A stretch of 63,332 bases of DNA, filler included, from Olpidium bornovanus S191 (lineage: Eukaryota; Fungi; Olpidiomycota): the NCBI GenBank assembly GCA_017911155.1. It is 28 parts of 28 records of this genome, joined end to end, with 100 filler letters (N's around TTAATTAATTAA, not from the genome) between each part and the next. Parts side by side here need not be neighbours in the genome. Positions count along the whole stretch, not along the records: positions 53,359 to 57,052 come from JAEFCI010004194.1; positions 57,153 to 58,246 come from JAEFCI010013477.1; positions 58,347 to 60,174 come from JAEFCI010011400.1; positions 60,275 to 61,284 come from JAEFCI010013332.1; positions 61,385 to 63,332 come from JAEFCI010005661.1; 23 more parts are not named here. One strand, 5' to 3'. Numbering within the stretch: position 1 is the stretch's first letter; every line of letters starts with the position of its first letter. Position numbers and translations under genes: made by a program. Below, one piece after another: positions 56,141 to 63,332 of this stretch. The notes under the pieces are model-generated. The model saw only the letters and a list, made by a program, of their open reading frames with translations, made no database searches and had not been told where the DNA came from.

Positions 56141-56689
56141 GACTCCCCGCAAGCTCGCTCTCTCGCCGCCTTGAGGGTGAGGGGAGGGAAGGGTCACGCG
56201 CAAAGGCAGGCGGTGGCCTGTTCGAGCACACTCTCCATGCAACTTCCCTGACACCGGGTGCGTGGGGGGACTATACACACACTATACACACCCCTCAAGT
56301 ATGCGCTTCGTGAATCGTGAGGGCAGGATCATAGCCTACGCAAATACAATGTGCTATACCCGCAAACAAAAATCATCTTGCCAAGCAATGTCTGCGTAAC
56401 ACTAATCGCTAACCATGAACCCGCAGAACCAACGTCCGGTACCGCGACAACGGCCCGTCAAGGCAAGCATTGTTTTTTCTGAGCAGCCGAAAACTGCGCT
56501 CTCTGCTTAAACAGCGGCTTAGTCCACTCAACTTCATCTGACGACTCACGCTGATGCACGTTGACAGGTGTGCAAGCAAGCATATGTCACCTGACCATGA
56601 TCGATCTCGCCACCACTCAACCAGACTTTTATGGCCTGCTACCTCTAGCCTATTGTTGGTTTTGGTTTGCATTGCGCATATCAGTGTGT

Positions 56690-57052
56690 GAGAGGACGGT
56701 GCTCGTGTCTACGTACAGGGAATAGGAAGGAGTAAGCCAACTTCGCGGCGGAGCCGAACCACTACAGGTGGTTACGGTCACGTGGAGACGACAGGTTGGA
56801 CACTGGCCGAGTTTTTCCTGCATATCCGGGTTTCCTACGATCCACATGCGGCATCACTCTCGACCAGACACACTGCGCCCAGCAACTTCTGCAAAAGTAC
56901 GGCCTCCACACAGCTAGGCCGACCAATACCCCCATGGATGCCATCTCGCTGTCACCCCGCCTACCTGACGACCCGCCGTATGACCGGACCAAGTACCAAG
57001 AACTGATTGGCTCCCTCATCTACTTGTCGGTCTGGACACACCCGGACATCAG
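56690..57052 (+). mobile_element. Ty1/copia RT C-terminal remnant
   Basis: ITLDQTHCAQQLLQKYGL...TPM...YQELIGSLIYLSVWTHPDI. Confidence 0.85.
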
Positions 57053-57295
57053 NNNNNNNNNNNNNNNNNNNNNNNNNNNNNNNNNNNNNNNNNNNNTTAA
57101 TTAATTAANNNNNNNNNNNNNNNNNNNNNNNNNNNNNNNNNNNNNNNNNNNNCATGGGATACTTCTCTTTCGGCGCAGGACGTCGCCCGGGCGGGAACAG
57201 GACTTTTTGGAAAACTTCATATATACATATGTATATGTGGTCGCATTAAACTGGAGCTCCTATGTTTGTGCCCAAGGGAGCCGCGCAAAATTGTG

Positions 57296-58246
57296 TTACC
57301 TCCGCTTGCCGGCCGTGGCGCCCCGCCGCCGGTGGTCCTTCTCGTCTTCGGCGGCGGCTGCGAGAGTCGCCGCCGTCGCCGCCGCCGCCGCCGCAGCTCT
57401 CTCGGCTCTCGCCGCCTTCTTTTCCTTTGCGCTCATCTTCTTGGCCGCCGGCGCCGTACCAGAAGTTCTACCGCCGGGCGCAGGAGCAAGGGCGTGGCCT
57501 TCTTCCTTGATGTGCCCGAAAAGCCGGTTCCTCGTCGGAAAGACCGCGGAGCACACGTTGCATTTCAGACCATCTCCTTCGGCGCTCGCCGCGACCGGCA
57601 GGCCCGGGGCCCTCTCGGACGGTGACAGATCCGGTTTTGCCCGCCGGCGGGATTTGGATTTCGCGGCTCTAAACGATGCTTCCGGAGGCCGTCGCGCGGA
57701 CGTCCGGCGGCAAGCGTCCGGCTCGTCGCTTTCGGCCTCGTCGGGAAGAACGTCGGCGGCAGTCTGAAAACCGTCATTTCCCAATTCGACGGAGACGGGC
57801 GGCTTTCCGCCGTCTTGCGAGCAGTTGGTATTCGTCAACGCCGAGTCCAGTGACACCGCTGGTTCACCATCAGCCGTATATGTTGAGTCCAGTGACACCG
57901 CTGGTTCATCGTCAACCGTAAATGTTTCCAATACGTCCAAAAAGGTTTCTTCGTCATCCGCGCTATCCCCGACCGCCGGTACCGTAGCTTGGACTTCCTC
58001 GTACTCGAGCTCTGCATCGCTGCCATCTTCGGGGGTATCAAGGCCAAGAGCACTCTCCTCGCGCAGCATTTGCTTGCGGAGAATCCAGAGGTTCTTGAGA
58101 TGCTTCTTAGATCGGGCGTGGTTCTGAAACTGCGAGTCGGAGCGGAAAGTCTTCTTGCAGGCGACGCAGAAAAACTCTTCCTCGACGTCCTCCCCCTCGC
58201 TTCCTGCTTCACCCTGCCGCGCCCCACGCTCTGCGCTAGCACCATG
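57296..58246 (-). CDS. DNAJC21: DNAJC21/Jjj1 co-chaperone, C-terminal part with two C2H2 zinc fingers
   Basis: EEFFCVACKKTFRSDSQFQNHARSKKH, acidic linker, LKCNVCSAVFPTRNRLFGHIKEEGH. Confidence 0.9.
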   Translation of the reverse strand, partial: HGASAERGARQGEAGSEGEDVEEEFFCVACKKTFRSDSQFQNHARSKKHLKNLWILRKQMLREESALGLDTPEDGSDAELEYEEVQATVPAVGDSADDEETFLDVLETFTVDDEPAVSLDSTYTADGEPAVSLDSALTNTNCSQDGGKPPVSVELGNDGFQTAADVLPDEAESDEPDACRRTSARRPPEASFRAAKSKSRRRAKPDLSPSERAPGLPVAASAEGDGLKCNVCSAVFPTRNRLFGHIKEEGHALAPAPGGRTSGTAPAAKKMSAKEKKAARAERAAAAAAATAATLAAAAEDEKDHRRRGATAGKRR

Positions 58247-58355
58247 NNNNNNNNNNNNNNNNNNNNNNNNNNNNNNNNNNNNNNNNNNNNTTAATTAATT
58301 AANNNNNNNNNNNNNNNNNNNNNNNNNNNNNNNNNNNNNNNNNNNNAAAAAAAAA

Positions 58356-58421
<66 letters not shown>

Positions 58422-58674
58422 CGGGTGGGGGTGTTTTTGCCTCCCGGCCGGGGGGAAACGCGCCCGCCCCCTCCTCCCTTTCCCCCCCCCCCCACTTCTT
58501 CCCCCCCCTCCCGCCGTTCGACCGGGGGAACCAAAAACCGCAAAACGCGGTCGCGCGGCCTTCCATCCTCTCCCCGCCCGCACCCCGCCGCCTCCCAGCA
58601 CGGACGCACCGGCGCTCCCTCTTCCCTCCCTCCCTCCCCGCCGGTCGTCCCCTCCCCCGCCCGCGCCCCCTTCC

Positions 58675-58782
58675 ATGGGAAACGGCCAGAGCGCGCGGCC
58701 GCGCCGCCTCACGCCGCAGGAGGTCGAGAGCACGAAGATCGGGAGCTACACCGGTGAGGAAACGGAAAGAGGAAAAGAAAAG

Positions 58783-58821
<39 letters not shown>

Positions 58822-59890
58822 GCGCCCCGCCGCCCCCCCTTCCCCCCCACACTCGCACACACACCGAACGCCAACCTTTCGAAAACCCCTCCTTCCCTTC
58901 GCGCCCCGGTGCAGATCTCGCCAGCTCCGCCCTCGGCAGCCGCGTCGTGCAGTGCTCGGACGAGTTCTTCGGCAAAGCGGAGAACCTCACAAAACCCGCG
59001 AACCCGAACCCGTCGCCGAGCTCGCAGACCTGTGAGCGATCCCCGTTCTCCCCCGGGCGGACCCTTTTCGCCGGGAGGAGGAGGAAACGCCCCGGCGGTT
59101 TCTTGGTAAAGGACCGTGTTCTATCCTTCACCGTCGAGCTGACCACACCCCTCGCCGCGCGCTGCGCGCGCGCCCCCGACCGACAGCGACGGAGCACGAC
59201 GCCGACGCCGACGGATGGGAGACCCGGCGGCACTCGCGCGGACATGACTTCGTACGCTCCATTGTGCCAGGCCGTAGTTGGCCTTGTGTGGGCGAACGGG
59301 CGCCAGGAGAGGGAGGAGGGAGGGGTGGCTCCGGCTGTCGGCGGGCGCGGCCAGAGCAGCCCGCTCCAAACTCCTGACGCCGGGCTAATTTCCGATCCGT
59401 GTTCCCGCCGCCGGAACGCGCCGTCACGCGTTGCGCTCCCCCCTCCCCCGCCAAGGTCATCATCGCGTTCGCCTACGCCGGGACCCTGGCGGGGTTCGAC
59501 ATCGACACGACCAACTTTTCGGGCGACCACGCCCACCTCGCGGCCGTGGACGCGTGCTTCGTCGGCCCCGAGACCGGGGGACAGGGAGGCGCCGGCTACA
59601 AGTGGGAGGAAATCCTGCCCAAGACGACCGTAGATCCCAACAGTCATAATGTGCGGATGTGTCTGGGCCACCCGAGAACGGGACCACCCCAACCCCCCCC
59701 CCCTCCTCGGCTCTTTTTTCGGGTTCGCGGCAAACGTTCTGACGGGAGCACCTTCTGATCCGCGCTCCCGTCACCACCGCCCCATGCAGGTCTTCAGCTT
59801 GCCGCTGGAGAGCACGGATCCCGTCTACGATCACGTCCGGCTGAGGATCTACCCTGACGGTGGCGTCGCTCGGTTCAGGGTTTTGTGAGC
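58675..59890 (+). CDS. DAL2: Allantoicase, first repeat, multi-exon, 3'-truncated
   Basis: DLASSALGSRVVQCSDEFFGKAENL, DGWETRRH, GFDIDTTNFSGD, WEEILP, HVRLRIYPDGGVARFRV. Confidence 0.9.
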
Positions 59891-60054
59891 TTCCCCCGTC
59901 TCGGCGCGGGGCCGAAGCTCCGAGAGAGCGTGCGAGACTCCGCCCAAAAACGCTGCTGACACGGAAATCTTGGCCAAAACAGCGGCAACGTCGTTCCGGT
60001 TTGCGGGCCGGACGAGTACGCTTTCCGGACCCCCTTTTCGCGCAAAAAAACGCG

Positions 60055-60085
<31 letters not shown>

Positions 60086-60552
60086 CCCCCCCCCCCCCTT
60101 TTTTTTTTTTGCCTGCACGGCGAAGGCGCCGCAGCGGCGAATCATTCAACTCGGCTTGCGAAATGTGGGGAGGTNNNNNNNNNNNNNNNNNNNNNNNNNN
60201 NNNNNNNNNNNNNNNNNNTTAATTAATTAANNNNNNNNNNNNNNNNNNNNNNNNNNNNNNNNNNNNNNNNNNNNGCGGGGGGGGCCGGCGGGGGGGGGGG
60301 GGGGGGGGGGAATGATCTTCCTTTCCTTTCGCGGAGTGCGCGCTTGGTGCTTGCGTCCCTCGACAGCCCTTTTTTCCTGTTTTTCCGTGTACGGTCCTCA
60401 GCCCAAGGCGCGGGCCGCGGGGTTTTTGCTCTGGGGAGTGGAGGTGAGGGGCCAAAAACACAGGCAGCGGGCCGGGAGATATCAGGACGGTTTGCGGGCC
60501 GGAGCGCGAGGGTGGTGTCCCGCGAAAGGGCCGGGGGGGGGCGGGGGGGAGC

Positions 60553-60648
60553 GTATCGATGCCGCAGCCGACATTTGGGACGCAGCGCCGATACCGCTGC
60601 CACGGGGCATCGATACACGGTAAGCGGGCTGCCACGGGGCATCGATAC
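60553..60648. repeat. 21-bp direct repeat GCTGCCACGGGGCATCGATAC (two copies) with an upstream inverted GTATCGATGCC
   Basis: Copies at 60596 and 60628; the 11-mer at 60553 is the reverse complement of their 3' ends. Confidence 0.75.
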
Positions 60649-61238
60649 CAGGGCAGCCCGGGGGGGAGAGAGGGGTCGTCGTCGCCTCGAAATCCCGCAC
60701 CCCCGCGGGCAAGGTGAATGAGGCGGCACGGCCACCCCGCGCCCGTGAGATGCCGAACCGACGCGGGCCGCGGGCCCCGACCGGGCGCGTCCCCGGGTTG
60801 CCCTCGCAGAGCTCCCGACCGGCCGGACGCACGGCGGGGCCGTCTTCGCCTCGGCTTAGACCCCGGTTTCTTTCGCCCGTTTTGCAGGAGGCGTCCGCCG
60901 CGTCTGCCACCCCCCCCCCCCCCCCCCTCCCCCCCCCCCCCCCCCCCCTTTCTTCCGCCCGGCACGCCGCAACGGCGTTTGTCATCCCCCGTCCTCGTCG
61001 TTCCCACCTCCCGCCCCACGAGCCGGGTCCTGTGCTGTCACTCCGCCAGCCGAAGGCCCGTCCGGAGCAGTCCCGGCGCGGGCGAGCCCATCGCAATCGA
61101 AGGCCTTTTTTATCTTTGTACCCTGCTTTTCCCCCTCCGCCACCGACCCGACCAGGACGCCCCGCCCCTCCCAGGCCCCACCACCGGCCCGACCAGGACG
61201 CCCCGCCCCTCCCAGGCCGCCCCCCCCCCCCCCCCCCC

Positions 61239-61284
<46 letters not shown>

Positions 61285-61384
61285 NNNNNNNNNNNNNNNN
61301 NNNNNNNNNNNNNNNNNNNNNNNNNNNNTTAATTAATTAANNNNNNNNNNNNNNNNNNNNNNNNNNNNNNNNNNNNNNNNNNNN

Positions 61385-62489
61385 CATGCACTGCTCACAA
61401 AGTTTTGAGAAAAATAAGCGATTGGCGAGGCGCACATCGCAAGAAGAGACAATTCTCTTCGTTCTCATTGTGAAAACCACACCTGATTTAAAATATCCAC
61501 GCCGTCGTATTTGTCGACGACGTTGTGAACGGTTTCGCTGTTCGTCGCCGTGCAAATGAAGAGCAACCGCGCATAGAGGAAGAGGTCGTCCGTGGAGTAC
61601 ATGGCGCTGTGCGCCTGAGGTGGCGTGGGGCGCCAAAAACCATTGGCATCTGGTCTCAGTCACGAACTTTGATCGGCATCTCCGCTTCGAGGTCGATCTC
61701 ACTACCACACCAGCCGAATACCTTCTTCAGCATCTGCAGAAGCAACACGACGCCTTCGTTCTTTTCGAACTCTGCCAAGCATTCCTCGTGTTGCAACAAG
61801 CAGTTGGACAGACACTTCAGGGCATCCTGCGATGTCTGCGAATCCTCTTCCACTTGCTTCTCACTGGGACCAGAAGCGAGTATGCCGCCATGCATCATCA
61901 ACAAGGTTATCACACGCGGGATACGAATCAGCGTGCTATCGCCAGGTACGCGGCTCAATATTTTAAGGGTCAGCAAAGCCTCATGTCGCGCTTGTCTCCG
62001 GTGGAAAAAAAAAAAAACGCGATCGGATCAACGGCGGGTACGGAAACGCGTTGTTCGGTAGGCCTGCATAACAGCAACAGATCACCGGCTATTGCTGCCC
62101 CTCCGTGGCCTAAGCAACATAGCGATAATAGGCAACTGACTTTCGCTGCTCCAGGACGTCCACGTGGTCGATTTTGGCTCAAGGTCGCTCAACAGTTCTT
62201 CTACGAACCTTTCTTTCGCTACCGAGGCCCGAATGGAAGTGTCAACGCCGAACAAGTGTTGGCAGAAAGCGCAGAAACGAAATGGCCAATGGTTGTGGGT
62301 CGAGTTGGCGATTAGCTCCGCTAGTCGCAGATAGGACGCGATACTGACTTGTTTAAGCAAGAGGAGCGACCCCTCCTCTCACTCTCCCATCTCACCTTGC
62401 GTGGAACAGCTTGGAGCGGTTTGCACCGCAGTGAGAACCGCCTTCAGCTTGGCCTCGTCCGTTTTCGCTACGGAGCTGTACGCCTCCAT
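61385..62489 (-). CDS. RIC8: Probable Ric8 (synembryn) G-alpha GEF/chaperone, N-terminal part
   Basis: Spliced helical-repeat protein with SQDALKCLSNCLLQH (Ric8 EALKCLxN) and a later DVRLANRLFF (RLLF-like) block. Confidence 0.55.
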
Positions 62490-63332
62490 CGTCCTGCTGC
62501 GAGTCCCCTCTGCTTCGTCCGTCTCGGCGACGGAGGAGGGCGCCTCTGTCGTCTTATCCCTGGTCAGCGTTCACAAAGGGCATGCCTCCACGGCCGGCCA
62601 TCCGTGGCCACGCCCCCACCCCACCTTCCGGTGACGGTTTAAGATGTGCAAGAATTTCGTCCGCGACTGGTACCTTACACGCGACTGCGAGCGGTATTGG
62701 CCGCGCGTCAGAGGGAGAGACGGAAGTCGGCCTTGACCGGAGCGCCGTCTCTTGTCCGGGTTGTCGACCGCCCAAATCAGGTTACACGTGTCCGCTACGC
62801 TCGCCGTTGCGCAGGAGCACGAAATCTGAGCTTTCGCCGGCTTAATTGCAGCGAAAACCGGGGACGGGGAATTTCGGACATCTGGCGCCCGGAATAAGTC
62901 GCCTAGGTCGCTGGCCCAGTTGCTCGGGTCAGAATTTGACTAGAAGCGACGACCACACGCCGGGCATTCCGAATAGCAATTCCCAGCTGAAAAACCAGAT
63001 CCAGATTAGACCTCGGGCAGGCCAGCCGGTCGTAAACTCTCCGGACCGGATTTCCGGCGGATTTACATTTCAGACATCATTAACACTTTCCAATGGCTCA
63101 AACTGGTGAGACAGCAACTCCAAGTTAACGAGCCGCCCATTCCTACCACGGACAAGGAATGCAACCAGTCTTCTCGTCTAGACAACGTCAGAGATATTTT
63201 GTACTGACGACATTCCGTTCTCTGTCAAGGGTAATTTGCATTTGGCGTCCGGCTTCGCGCGACGTGGAGGGAAGGTCGGAAAACAGACCCTCGCGCGTGA
63301 GGCGCGGGAGATATAGAAAGTACGCCGGCATG

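Noticed and set aside
61148-61218. 30-bp direct repeat near a poly-C contig end
   Set aside because: Adjacent to homopolymers at a contig edge; could be an assembly artefact and carries no other signal.

Overview
This window is not one continuous locus. It is 28 short contigs (about 1.0-5.3 kb) joined by 27 identical artificial 100-nt linkers (N44-TTAATTAATTAA-N44, stops in all six frames), so adjacency across linkers means nothing. The DNA is from a GC-rich, intron-rich eukaryote. Gene content is fungal (Nop13-, Yvh1-, Sec13-, Yif1-, Jjj1-like genes, allantoicase) but includes a centriole protein (CEP135/Bld10), an alpha-tubulin with Lys40, SMG9 and an animal-type opsin-like GPCR. Together these point to a zoosporic, early-diverging fungus; an Olpidium-like organism is my unverified guess. 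About 17 recognisable host genes are present, mostly as fragments, plus many decayed Ty1/copia and Ty3/gypsy pieces and a Hsp90 pseudogene. Most interesting: (1) a 3.5-kb intron-free, co-oriented cassette of three orphan genes at 47934-51417 with repeated TTAAAA(A)GCT junction signals and CAACATGG starts, next to a copia LTR/PBS, which looks like an endogenised RNA-virus genome; (2) a rhodopsin-family GPCR lacking both known counterion glutamates (17866-19436); (3) fragments of a protein-primed PolB-type exonuclease and a virus-type C5 DNA methyltransferase, suggesting Polinton-like or giant-virus relics; (4) unusual LTR-retrotransposon architectures (gypsy/copia hybrids, LTRs flanked by both PPT and PBS). 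All family assignments are from motif recognition by eye; no database search was run.
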